64,000 nucleotides of DNA from Auanema rhodensis (Eukaryota; Animalia; Nematoda). Positions 1 to 12,678 of this stretch are shown in pieces (position 1 is the first letter of the stretch; each line of letters begins with the position of its first letter). A program made the position numbers and the translations under genes. The notes beneath the pieces are model-generated. The model was given only the letters and a program-made list of their open reading frames with translations. It was not told the DNA's origin and ran no database searches. The stretch lies in assembly GCA_964057225.1 (NCBI GenBank), contig OZ059894.1, positions 14,260,001-14,324,000 on the forward strand, read 5' to 3'.

Positions 1-293
1 TTTTTATTTTCTTTCTCTATTTAAAAACATCTCTCTGTATCTCTGTTTCTCTCTCTCTCTATAATTCCCTCTTACGCTTTCCCTTCTTAATTCCTAAATC
101 AGAACCTTTTTAACTAACCTGTTCCTCAGTTTCCCTTTCCTCAGAAATCATTTAACGTGCGTGTAGTCAAGGCTGTTTAACCCCCTGAAGGCATATTATG
201 TATTCTGACAAGCGCGTCAATTCTCTCTCACATAGCGAAAAAGCATGGCTATTCCACCAAAAAACCAGCAACTTTATCGTTTTTTCAGCATTT

Positions 294-447
294 CACGTGC
301 GAAGTTCGGCTTACATTATGCAAATCTTTCTGATTAAAACTATTAAAGTTGATCTTATGCCTTTTCCGGACACGTGATATATCCTATACTGACTCTTTAA
401 AGTGGGCGGAGCCTTTTCTGTCACCCAGCCTGGCAAGCCACGCCTCC
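294..447 (+). promoter_or_regulatory. Cluster of candidate transcription-factor sites upstream of the microprotein gene
   Basis: CACGTG E-boxes at 294 and 371, octamer ATGCAAAT near 318, GC-box GTGGGCGGAG at 402, and GCCACGCC near 437, all in otherwise AT-rich DNA. Confidence 0.35.
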
Positions 448-1077
448 ATTCGGTAGTATTATTGGAATCAGACACTGAACAACACGCTCTTCAGTCATTC
501 TTTCATTTCAGTCTGTCTCCCTCTTTCTTCAAATATCACCTTCAAAATTCCCATTTTTCAATTCTTGTTTTATTTTTTAAAATATTTTCTTTTTTCATTT
601 GGAAATTATATCAAATGTTTACTGTATTGCAACAATCGTTTATGCTGGTTGTTACTCTCTTACTGACTGACAGACATCTAGTTATTCGCTTTAGTGGGAG
701 GGGTAGTTGGCCTATACTGCTTACCTTTCCCCGTATTAAGACGATAATCATCCATATTTCTTTCTTGAACATTCCAAACGTTTCCATATCCTTCGCTTTC
801 TTCGTCGTCTTTTTTGTCAAAATCAAATCATTCCCGAATATTGTTGTTAATGAATTAGACCAACAAAAGTACTATTTTTCTAATTTTTTTCGATTTTTCG
901 TGTATTGTATTGAATTTTCTTGTTTATTATCTTTTCTATTATTCTTAGAGTATTATCTAATTTCTTTAAATATATAGAAATCAAATTTATCGACGTGGTC
1001 ACGTCAATTCATCTACTACTCACAACTACCTACTCTACTTCTTCACTTAAATTCACTACTTTTCCTCAATTCTCAAC

Positions 1078-4000
1078 ATGTCTATGAAAAAGAGAAGCCT
1101 ATTTGGAAAACTGTTGAAGCTTGTCGGAAAAGGAAGTAAGTTACTATTTTTGTTTTACTAAATAATCAAAGCAAAAACTATTTCTTTACATTGATTTTTA
1201 GAATTTATAATCATTAATTACGTAGATATATCTATATTTCTTCTTTTTTTTCCTCTTTCAATCAAATTTCCTATATGAAAAAATGTTTTTCTTTATTTAT
1301 TTTTTAAAACAATATCTTCTTTTCAAAACAAAAGTTGATTCTTTTCCGTTGTCTATGCTATCTTAGTTGTCCATGTGGCAGCAAGAGCTTATCTTGAAAT
1401 TTCGTTCATAAAGACATCTGATACTGATGTCTGGCTGGTTATAAGCCATTCAATTTCTAAGCTCATCTAACACATTTTTCTTCAAACATATTGTCTTTTG
1501 ACAGTTTTAAGCTGATTGTTGGGAAAAAAAAAAGAAAAAGAAAATGAAAATGAAAGAAGATGAATAACAAGAAGTACCACGTGTTTTTAATAACGACCTA
1601 TCACAGCTTGGAAGCTGTTGTGCTTAGCTTGAAAACTTTTATTCAGCTTGTTTCCACTTTTTTGCTGACCAACATACTCTCATCATCTTTATTACATCTT
1701 TGTTTCTCACTCAATATCACGGATAATCCAACATACTTGTCACAGCATTCGTTTTGTTTTTGCGGTTTTTCAATCAAATTACTCTTCTGGTTCAAGCATA
1801 TTATGACCAGCATAATGATTGTCAGCTCTTCCGATGAGCATGAACATCCTGTTTCGCATCTGTCTTATCACCAAAAGATTTTTTTTGTTTTTCATCTCTT
1901 TTGGAATGATCTTTACGATCCACACCCTTTTGATTCGTAATATTTCATCATCTGACAAGTCTGAGTAGCTTCTGTTTCTCCTTTTTCGAACTATTTTTAT
2001 ATTTTCCTGACACCAAAACTATACCTTTCATGTCATGACAATACGAATAGGGGAATACTTGTATCACAAAAAAACATCTTCTGGAAAATTATTTGAGAAT
2101 ATGAGAATAAAGAAGTCAGAGAATCAGAGAAAGATACAAAGATCAGTTCATAGTTCAAAGAAATTTATTTTTATTCTTCATTCATATGCAACAACAATCA
2201 TATCTGAGCATCTGTTTTGAACGATTAATGGTCATTTCAATGTTCATAGCTTTATGCAGGAGGCATAATACGAAGAAGAAGATGAAGTTTTCAAGTTTGT
2301 TCCATGAGCAGCGAACCAATTTTCGAACTCTCGTACTTGCTCAGTCACACTCTCTTTCTCTCTCACTCCCTCCGCTGCCAGTATCAGCACGCCACAGCTT
2401 CTCCTTCAACAAATACACAAAAATCTGGTCTTCTGGCTGGCAAAGTATAACAGAAAAACTTTATGTTTAGGGTTCTTCTCATGTTCCCTTTATATCTGAA
2501 GTAGAAATAGGGAAGGCGCAAGAAAGCGCTTTCAGTTTTTTGAATTATTCATCTGACCACTGACCATTTAATATCCAATACTCTACGAAAACATCACATT
2601 TTCTCTGAATAGTGGTATTCTATTTTTCTCGGCCAAAAATAATTGTTCAGCAATTAATTGTCTCGAAGTTTTCATCACGAAAACCTTTCATCATTTTCGT
2701 CATTTTGTCTCATCATCGTACCAATCCCTCTCATGTTCAAATGACCTTTGTAGTGGTCTTGTATGATACGAAACGAAAACTCATGAAATTCAGAAGAATT
2801 CAGAGAAAAAAGCGGATGAAACTATAGAATCTGTTGAAAATTGAATAAAATACATTTGATGTTTAAACTGAAGATGCGGAACAAAGTCCAAGATAATTTC
2901 CCAATATAGTCCGTTCCTTACGTCGTCGTCGATGATCAAATCGTTCCCATCATTTAGAATTTGAAGGTCTTTAAAATCTTGCTTTTTTGATTTTTCAACC
3001 TGTTTCATGGATTCCTTTTTGTTTTTTTGTGTTTCTGACTGAAATATATAAAATAGAAAATTAACTTTTTCTACTAATAGTCAGTAAACGATGAAAGGTT
3101 AAAGAAACATAAAAATAGAAATATTCCATATTTAGAATATAAATTTTAATTTTGATTGATATATATTTGAAAATACAACACTTTCTATATTTATTATACA
3201 TTTATCATCTATTGTCTCTATTGAAATGTACTAAATTTACTTATAATTATATTCAATTAATTAATTCTGATCAATCATAAATCATTCCCATTTTGCAATT
3301 TTTTTCCGTTTTATCTTTAAAGTGAAATATAAATTTTGGTAAATTCATTAAAGCGGAAGAATAGAAAAGTTAATTCTTTGATAAACAATGAAGATCAATT
3401 ACGTTTTGTAGCATTATCATAGAAATCATTAGACTACAATCTAGGCTTAAATGTCTATTGTCAAGTTTTGATATGCATTATTTACTATGAAAATATCAAT
3501 GTTCTTCTATGATTTCTTTCTTTCTTTTTTTCATTTCTCTCATCTATCTCTCTCAATCATATGAACAATCGTCTGGTTTGGCTTCAAATTTGAAAAAAAA
3601 CCAGCTGAAGGGTCATCTATGGATTAGCAACAATTCAAGCACGTGATTGTAAAATAAACGAGCAGAAGTATTAAAACTAAAAATCAAATATCAATTTTCC
3701 ATATTTTTCTTTCTTTTTTTCTTGTTTCTCGAGATGCAAAATCAAAAAAAAACTTCGAGAAATATAAGTTCTAGAAGCTATGGAACATTTAATCTTATTT
3801 GATATTGTTTTTTTTATTCATTGTCTTCATCCATAAATTGATTACTCTCTCTCTCTCTCTCTTTCTCTTTTTCTTGGCATCAAGTAGACATAGAGGGAGT
3901 TTGCCGACTCTCCAATAGCATTTTTCGTTTTGTTCCCTTTTTCTCTTTCCAAGCTCTCCGATCTCTTGAACTGAGAATTCACAGGCCAACAACAATAACA

Positions 4001-7000
4001 ACAACATCACACAGGAACAGAAAGCTTCTACATAGTATTTGGTGGAACTGGCCATCACCAGAATCATCATCGTCGTCATCATCACCGTCATCTTCATAGT
4101 TAAGAGAGAGAGAATACACATGACAAGTAGAGGACTTTACTGAAAGAATGTAAGATAGAATAGTAAAAAGAAGAGAGAAAGAAAAGAAAAAAATAATAAT
4201 ATTAAAAGAATAGAGAAGAATCATACACCATCATCATATTACTATGTTGCTTCTAACGACTTCCCCCACTGTTAAACATCAAAAAGTTATAATTGTCAAC
4301 GGCTGTTTGACCGTTTCAAATATGAAATGTTTGACGTTGATTACTATTTACGTATTACTGAACTGATGTCATTATCGATATTAGCCTCAACGGGCAAGAT
4401 TGTCAAACGTGTATCACATGCACTATCTGACCAGCATGGGCAACCTCATGATTGAAGAAAGGACATCAGATGATGAAGATAATAATGACAGACTGTAGTC
4501 ATATTGCTCCTAAATTAATCTTTTTTGGTCTCCCAGCTAATGAATTTCGAAAAAGATGCGCGAAATTGACGTGAAAGATAATTAGTGCGTATTCTTAAGA
4601 AGTCACAAATCAAGAAGAGAAGTTTCATCTTTCTGTTTCTCTCCTCCAATGTTTCCACCTGTGTGACGAGTTTGATATTGTGACATTCTTTTCTTGTCAA
4701 TCACAATATTTGCCAGACTTTATCAATTACATTTACTATATTAATAACTAAGTTTTAGTGTTCATATTATACTCATAAATAGAAATTGTATTTGATACGA
4801 ATAGTTATCATGAGTTTAACTAGCAAACAGAGCACAATTATATAGTTTCTTATTTGAATTTCAGTAGTTGAAAATCAAATTATTTTGTTTCTAATTGTAA
4901 AAATATATTTTCATTCATTCTATTCTAACCCCTACACTTTTTTCGTATAAAAGGTGAGAAAGATAAACGATGAGAGCTCAATTTGACAAGAACTATTAGA
5001 AATATTCATATCTTTCCGTTTTGTTTTCATCATCAAGTTCTAATAATAAGGATTTGCTTCCGCCTCATATTTTACTCTTTACATTATCATCTTCAAACTC
5101 TTCTACGAACTATTATTAAAATATTATTCTTGGAAAGTTTCATGAAGATCTCTCGTATGAAGGAAACTAAAAAAGAAATAGAGAGAAGAAGTAAAGGAAG
5201 GATGGACACGAAAATTGGGTCAGAAGATTGAAAAAGGAAATGGAATCAGAGAAGTGAGATTGGCATCAAAGTATGCATTATATCCGTTGCCAAACGAAAA
5301 AGCATCTTACTTTTGCCTTTGAGAAAATAGAATCGAACAGAAACGATGACGTGATTCAAATGTGGATTTCATGCTTTCTTCGTACAGTAGAATTGGAGAC
5401 GAAACATGTAGAAGTGCTCGAAAAGGCAATTTTTCCTTCTCCTTCTCTCGATCATCAACATTCTCTCGCGCAATTGGACAGCTCATGCTTTCATTTTTGA
5501 AATAAGGTCCTTTTGTTTACTGAGGACTCTGTGCAATCCACTTGGTATGCTTCTCTCTTGGCCGAGAGACGAGCCATTGTATTGGAGCGGAACAAGGAGA
5601 TTGACTCAAACCTTTTCTATTTTCTCTTCTTCTTTTTTCGTCAACTGTTACATACAGGCTTCCGTATTTTGTTGGGACAACACATTTCCAATCGGCATTT
5701 CCGGATTCAGATGTGAGCCAAAAATAGGAGGATTCGTCAATCGTCCTGAATAAGTCAGCTCAGTGTGCTATTTCCGCTGACATCATCATAATGATTCTGA
5801 TCATCGTTTTTGTCACATTTGGTTTTCTGTCTCCAAACAGAATACAAGAATAGAATACGAAGGCTGCAGAAGGGCGGGGGAGGCGGGAGAAAGGGAGAGA
5901 AAAGGAGAAACAGTGGGAAAAATAGAGAACAGAGGGAGGACGAAAGGGGAGATTGGAAAAACATATTAATCAGCACTTTCACACCCAGGCATGATTCATT
6001 CAGAAGTACCTAAAGTACTTGAAAAGAAGGCAAATTTATGATTTTATTCGCTCAAACGGAAAAGGGACATCAATATCATTCATATCAATTAATCAGATCC
6101 AATTCAGATTATACTTTTACGATGTATTTACATAATTAAATGATCTAAAAGTATAATTATTACACTTTTTACCCTATTTTTATTATTATTTTTTGATATG
6201 ATAATTCATTATAAGGACATATTTACTATTAGTATATCAACCAATACATCATATTTTTCTAATTTTCATCGTGATTTTCTTCGAAAACACATGAGAAACG
6301 ATAAGTTTATTCTTGGAATGTTGGAAATTAAACTTCTTTAAACTGCCATTTTCCTCTATTACTCCCAGAAGTGAAGGAAAAACTTTTTTTTTTCTTTCAA
6401 GCGAGCTGTTGTCCTTTGAGAAATTCATAAATATATGTAATACATTTAAAAGTAAGATTTATGAATCGAATGAAAAAATAATTTTTCTTTCTGGGACATT
6501 CTCTTGTCTAATTTTATAATTTTCATTCAAATTATCAATAGTAAGCAATAAGCAATTTCGACTTTAACCTGTTGACTTTAAATATTTCTTTTCACGTGCT
6601 CTTACTTAATATTCTTTTTTTCTTTTCTTTTTCTCTCCCTCTCTATCTATCCCTCTCTCTCTCTCTCCCTCTCTCTCTCCCTCTCTCTCTCATACCCTAA
6701 ATATTTATCCGAAATTATTCTGTTCTTTCTTTTAGATTCAAATTTAGATGTTATGAATAACAAGGCAATACCAATTAAATAAATTCTATTAGAATTACAC
6801 TGATAATATAATAAATGAAATGGTCATTTTTGTAAATTAACAATTAGCAAGTTGAAGTACTAGTATATTGTTATATATTTACTTTGAAACAACGTCATCA
6901 CTTCGGAAGCGTGTGATTTTCACTGTAACATTGAAAGGGAGTGAAGATAATGTAAAACTAAAGAATGCTCGTCTGTACAAAGAATACATGCTTAAGAGAT

Positions 7001-9637
7001 GTATACACAAGCTTTTCTTTGATTTCGCTTTTCTTTCGACAGTCTTGACCTTCTTGACACACGTACAAAGAGAACATCTCCCACAATTCATTCGTGTTCT
7101 TTGCTTGCGTGATTTTTCTTATCACAAGGATAAAAACGAGTATGTCAACGTGTAGCTCTGTCTGTTTAGATTTGGTAGAACTTGAGCTGTAAAATACGAT
7201 TGACGGCTTGCCGATCAAAAGCTTGTCAAATGCGACAACTGGCCCGAAGGGACAAGCAATTGCTGATGAGACGTGAATGCTCACACATATCATCATAATA
7301 TTCAGACAGATTGTCATAACTATTTTATGATAAATGAAAAATAGACAGCTGTTTTTTAACATTGAGATGAGGATTACTTAGTCAGACTTTTTGAACTCAG
7401 CTGTGGGGGGGGAATCGATCCCAGGAGAAGTGCAAACATAACATTAACACGTGTGAGGCTATAACATTTCTGATTGTCCATCCGTCAAAACAACAGATAC
7501 GCTATGATAAGCAGTCTAAGATGATCAAAAATTGATTCAAACAACGGACAATAAGCCGAAGTATAGAATGAGAGGGAATATGGAGTACAAGGGAATATAT
7601 TAGCTACTGAAACAACATGTCGAGCTTTTTGGTGAAAAATAGATCAAAGCTATAGTTTAATTTGTAATTATGTTTCTAACAAAAACATTTTTTTGGTATA
7701 TGTATGTATGTATGTTTTTTGATCCACAATAGTTCCTATAGTCATATTCCAAGAAAGTTAATAGTGACGACATTGAGCAAACAACATGAGCAAAAAACCT
7801 GATTATCATATAGAAAAGTTCTAACAAATCTCTCAAGTTAGCTGAGCAAACTAATTAAGTTTGTTTTTTGAATTCTTCTTCTACACCCTGAGGGATCTTT
7901 GTCATTTTTCTTTCATTTTCAATTCATATTCTTTAAGTAAAAAACTTGAAACAAACATTGAAGAAAATTCTTTCTAAATAATATATCTTTTCAGATCAAG
8001 TTCAATCTTCTAAGCCATGCCTTGCACAGATATACGAGGAGCGTAAGAAGCAACGTCAACGGTATGTTTATTAACTTTTTTGGTTCTTACGTGATTACAA
8101 AAACTGAAATCCTTCAACAAATTGAAAATTGAAAACTACCACATGTTTCTACTTATGCTAATTTTTCCCATTCCTTTACGTCACACACGTACATTTCTAT
8201 TTTTTTCCAAACAAGAACGGTTGTGGCTAGTTTACTTGATACTATTTATCTGTTTCCTTTTTTTCAAATATAGCGTTGGGGTCAAATAATGTTTTGCGGA
8301 AGTTTGTGAGGAAATTGAGTGTCATGAGTTTTACTCTTAACTGTAATTTTTTAAACTTATTATCGAATCCGAACATTAATATTAATTTTTTTAAATTTAA
8401 AATATACATCATATGAGCTCAAAATCATATCTATACGAGCTTAATCTACATGTGAGTGTGTACATAATATAATAAAATGAAAAGATAAAAATATAATCTT
8501 TCATTTTATTTTTCTCTCCATTTAATCAAATGATTTTAATTAAATTTTTTTGAAATAAAAATTGAAATATTTTATAATATGTATATATAGTTATATACTA
8601 TATATTCCTATTCTAGTAAAACTATTAAAGGGGGAGAGTAACATCATTTGTATGAAATATGATTTAATCATCTTTCATGCAAAATTTTGCATTGACTTGC
8701 GTTGACTTTTTATTCATAATTCTTAGAAAACGAATGACCAAAAGTGAAGAAAGTTATGATGGATGCTAGGAACTTGAAGCTAATTAGAAATTTGTAATTA
8801 CATAAAAGATGCATTCATTGCATAGATGTATATGTACACATACATATATAAAGCAACTTCTATGTATTTTTCTGATATTTTCAAGAGAATCCTGATGAGA
8901 TTGCAGGAACATGAATACGACATCATGTGAAATCTTCTTCTTTTGAACATTGTCAATAAACTATTACAAATGAACAGCATGGTGATAATATTAGATTAAA
9001 TTTTATGTGATTTTGAACGAGGTTGATAGATAAAAATTGATAAAATCGAAAACCAGTTCGAAAACGTGAGTTGCGAGTTGAAAATAAGATTTTATAATAG
9101 GGAAAATAACTATACGGTAAATAGTCACATATAATCCGTCAAAGTTTGAATAAAAAATATAAAAAACAAGTGATTTTTGAATTTTATAACGTTTGAGCTT
9201 GCACTTTTCTTTATCATTTTCATTCGTTTTATCTTTTATAATGTAAAGTATATCTTTTTTTTACAAAAGAATTAACTGATAATTGATAACGAGTTGCAAG
9301 AAAAGTAATATTCTCGAACATCTTTCAAAAATCAACGATTTTGTGAAGATGATGAACAGTACTTGTGAAACATCAACGAACATATAATTGCAAAAATATT
9401 ATTCTTGGAATCTCAAAGACCACAATGTTTTCTTAAGCGCATCATATTTCTATAATTTTTCATGCTTTTTTGATGTCCGTAAGAACATTCATTTGTCACA
9501 AAAACCAAAACTTGAACAAAACATTTCATCAAACTTTACAACATTTGAGTTAATGTTTTTCTTTCAGATCATCTCTTTCATCTCATCTTTCACACATCGA
9601 ACCTATGCCAACTATTCAAGAAGAAGATGAAGATAAC
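1078..9637 (+). CDS. Uncharacterised 64-aa microprotein, 3 exons (1078-1135, 7995-8061, 9568-9637): MSMKKRSLFGKLLKLVGKGNQVQSSKPCLAQIYEERKKQRQRSSLSSHLSHIEPMPTIQEEDEE
   Basis: Consensus splice sites (GGAA|GTAAGT, TTTTCAG|, CG|GTATGT, CTTTCAG|) join in matching phases (1, then 2) into one open frame ending in TAA at 9635-9637. Not in the ORF track because each exon is under 60 codons. Confidence 0.75.
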
Positions 9638-11445
9638 CTCTTTGTGGTGGAAGACATGGTCCAAGTCTAAACTATGTTGTCGTCATTGTCGTCCTCCTCG
9701 TCGTCACAAACTCAACAACGCTATCATCAAAATCGGAAATTTTCTATGCAATTATAGTCTCTAGAACTACGTCTCCTTTCATCTGCCTTTCCTGAATTAC
9801 TATTTCCTTATCGTCATTCATATACTTGTCGTAATAGTCGAAATCGTGAACGCCATTGCTTCTTCAACTGCCTTTAAGAGCATACAGAACAACAACGAAG
9901 ATGAAGGCTTCTTAGATTCTTGTTGCTGAGGAGAAAGAAAGGGATGGACAAAAAAAAGAAGGAAAGGAAGAAGAAGAAGCTATGACGTTTGTTTGTTCAT
10001 ACCAAGCCTTCATTAACAATATGCGAATGTTTACAATTATATGGATTTGACAACTCCGGGCTGATGGCTGGTCATCAGTCATTATAAAGGCAGATTCCTC
10101 ATCGATTCGACAAACTTTCATTCTATTCCATGTGTAAAATAATACTTTTTGCTATTTTGCAACTTAATTATCTCAGAAAAAAACCATTCACCGTTAGCAG
10201 GTGAAAATTGAGATATATTTTTTCTTGCAACAGACCATTAACAAGAATTTATATTTATTGTATCGGGTTCCTCTGGTTTTCTAGTTGTTCTGCTGCTTTG
10301 CACATATTACGGGTATTTTTCTTGTTGTTTAATAAAGAAATTTGAATAATAAATAAAGAATTTATATAGACTAATAAAATTATCACAATTGATTTCGACG
10401 ATGTAGCTAAATGAACAACACTAAGAAGAAACTCAAAAAATGTACTATAAGACCATATCGAACAGACTAAGGCGGTTTTTACCTGAATAATAAAAACGGA
10501 AACACTAATAATACACAACTGATGAAATAAACAGGCAAGTGGTTCATCTACCAATATCAAGAATGATTTGTTCTATACTGTATTTTACTTTCCATAACAG
10601 AAGTTGGATTAACTCAAGAATATCCCATATTATTCTCTAATTGCAGTTAAAGGAAAGATATATAAAATTGTGAAGAACTCGAACATGGATTTTAGTAGAA
10701 GTTGGTTAACAAGATTTCTGTACAAAGAATAAAAGCAAAGGCAACCCGTGCTGGAACACCTGTAAATAGAACGATCAATCTATTATTGTATTCAACAATT
10801 CGTGGAAAAGTTGAAAAAATAAGAAAATAAAAGAGCACAATTCATCTGACGTTCAATGTATTTAAACATTCCTTTATCTATCTATGTTATACTGAGGACT
10901 GTAGGAAAACATTATGAATTTACTCGAAAGGGCATGCAAATGTATAATAGGTGAGTAAATTGTCATAAACAAAATTACAAAAATGTCTTTTTGAATTGAA
11001 TCTAGAACTGTGGCGTACATATAAAAGTAAATATCATAAGGTAGAATTGATAACCTCATTCTTAAGTGAACTTTGCTCACGAATTTTACCAAAACATCTT
11101 TTGTTCACTATACATACCAGTTAAACTCTCAAGTACTGGTTCTTCCACCCCACCTCCCATCCACGTTTTCAGACAAGAATTTTGTCTTCAACAAAAAGGG
11201 TAAGATAGATGAATCCCGCAATTTAAACTATGTTCAAGATATAAGTCAAAAATTCAAATTCATGCTTCAACTTTTCAATCTTGAAAATCTATAAGACGAG
11301 AATGCCATCATCCAAAGCACTTCAGTGTATGAAAGTTGCAGTGCTAATCATAATTTTTGAAAGAAAAGATGAAAATAGCAACTAGATTAAAGAAAGAATA
11401 GTGGACAAAAAAATAAAGTGAAATTGAGTACATGTTCACTTACAA

Positions 11446-11944
11446 TTAAGAGCTCTTGCTTACAATACTGAGGGGTCCCTCAAGGTAAGTAGCAAGAGTC
11501 TGCAACTTCTTACGAACTAAGCCTAAATTGGCATTCGGTGTTGCCTGAAATATTATTTTTCAGATTAATCGCAAAAGTAGAATAACCTTCAAAGCAATAA
11601 GCATTGTGGAGACTTTCGTGCAGGCGAGAATGCCATCATCCAAAGTTAGGATGGCTTCACGTAATTCATCCTTACCTAAAATCAAGAATTAGGGAAATAT
11701 TAATAGAAAAAATACCTTTTCGATCGAAAGAATCCCATATGCTTGATATAAGAGCAGCAGTGACATTAGAACTATCTTTACCTTCTTTATCACCACTATA
11801 AGCTAACAACAATCCTGAAATAAACCATATTTGAAAAATAAAATGATAAGATAACCTACCCTCACGGTTAAAAAGAAGAGCTCCGGTAACCTCAGCAGTA
11901 TTTACCTGACCTAACACACCCACTAAAGCTTTTTGCCGCAGCAT
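11446..11944 (-). CDS. lmtr-2: Ragulator complex subunit LAMTOR2 (roadblock/LC7), 4 exons
   Basis: Spliced translation MLRQKALVGVLGQVNTAEVTGALLFNREGLLLAYSG...VTAALISSIWDSFDR...LDDGILACTKVSTMLIAL...LGLVRKKLQTLATYLEGPLSIV matches the LAMTOR2 pattern. TTTTTAAG acceptor just before the ATG. Confidence 0.93.
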
Positions 11945-12134
11945 TTCTTAAAAAAAAACATTTAACATAACACAGTGAATTGAAATATCTGGTAGGAGGA
12001 GAACCCCATTACAAACAAAGAAAACTAAATAGTTAGTTTAGTTTGAAACACGTAGAAATGATGATCATAGTAACAACCATGTACAATTGATAAACGAAAA
12101 CATTACGAACAACAATAATAATATATTTGGAGAT

Positions 12135-12678
12135 TTATTCTGTCCATCTATGACCACAGGACGAATTCATACAAACATAATATAACCTCATCTCTTCCTG
12201 AAAAAAAAAGATTTTACAGAAAGCAATTTAATCAACGGTACCTCAGCTCTTCTAGTTTGAGCTTGGAAGAAAACTGCCAAATTATGGTTGCATTTCGGGC
12301 ATGGATGATCTTCTGTCTTAGGTAGCGTAGGATCATACACTACATCAGCGCATATTTGAGTCAATTCACTGAAAGTATCATGAAACATTTTAACCTCCAA
12401 ATTTGTAATCATACTCGACTTCGTGCATAAGTTTGTTAACATAAATACAAGGATTTTCCGCTAATTGTTTATGTTCACAATTTCTGAAAATACAATTTGT
12501 TGTATAAATATAAAAAAACAAAACATACCTACAGGAATACATCAACTGTCTATGTTCCTTATCTTCTCTCGGATAGAGCATATTATTGCTTAAAAATGTA
12601 TAAATTATAAATTGACAATGAAACGATAATTTACCATTCTGGACAAAATTTAATACCAACGAATCCTTGGTTGCTCAT
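12135..12678 (-). CDS. rpb-9: RNA polymerase II subunit RPB9 (POLR2I)
   Basis: [26 protein letters not shown]...CRNC...[15 protein letters not shown]...[32 protein letters not shown], with two Zn ribbons. Confidence 0.97.

Noticed and set aside
402-977. 191-aa ORF in the track
   Set aside because: Starts at GTG, has an F/L/I/S-rich composition produced by T-rich promoter DNA, and shows no motifs or splice support.
3000-3007. CTGTTTCA piRNA (Ruby) motif
   Set aside because: Isolated occurrences only, with no cluster density.
3795-4224. Minus-strand ORFs with poly-D or poly-M/L stretches
   Set aside because: They derive from CAT/CAA trinucleotide-like low-complexity sequence, and no coherent exon chain could be built.
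7400-7480. GGGATCGATTCCC on the minus strand resembling a tRNA T-arm
   Set aside because: No acceptor stem, D-arm or anticodon arm can be folded.
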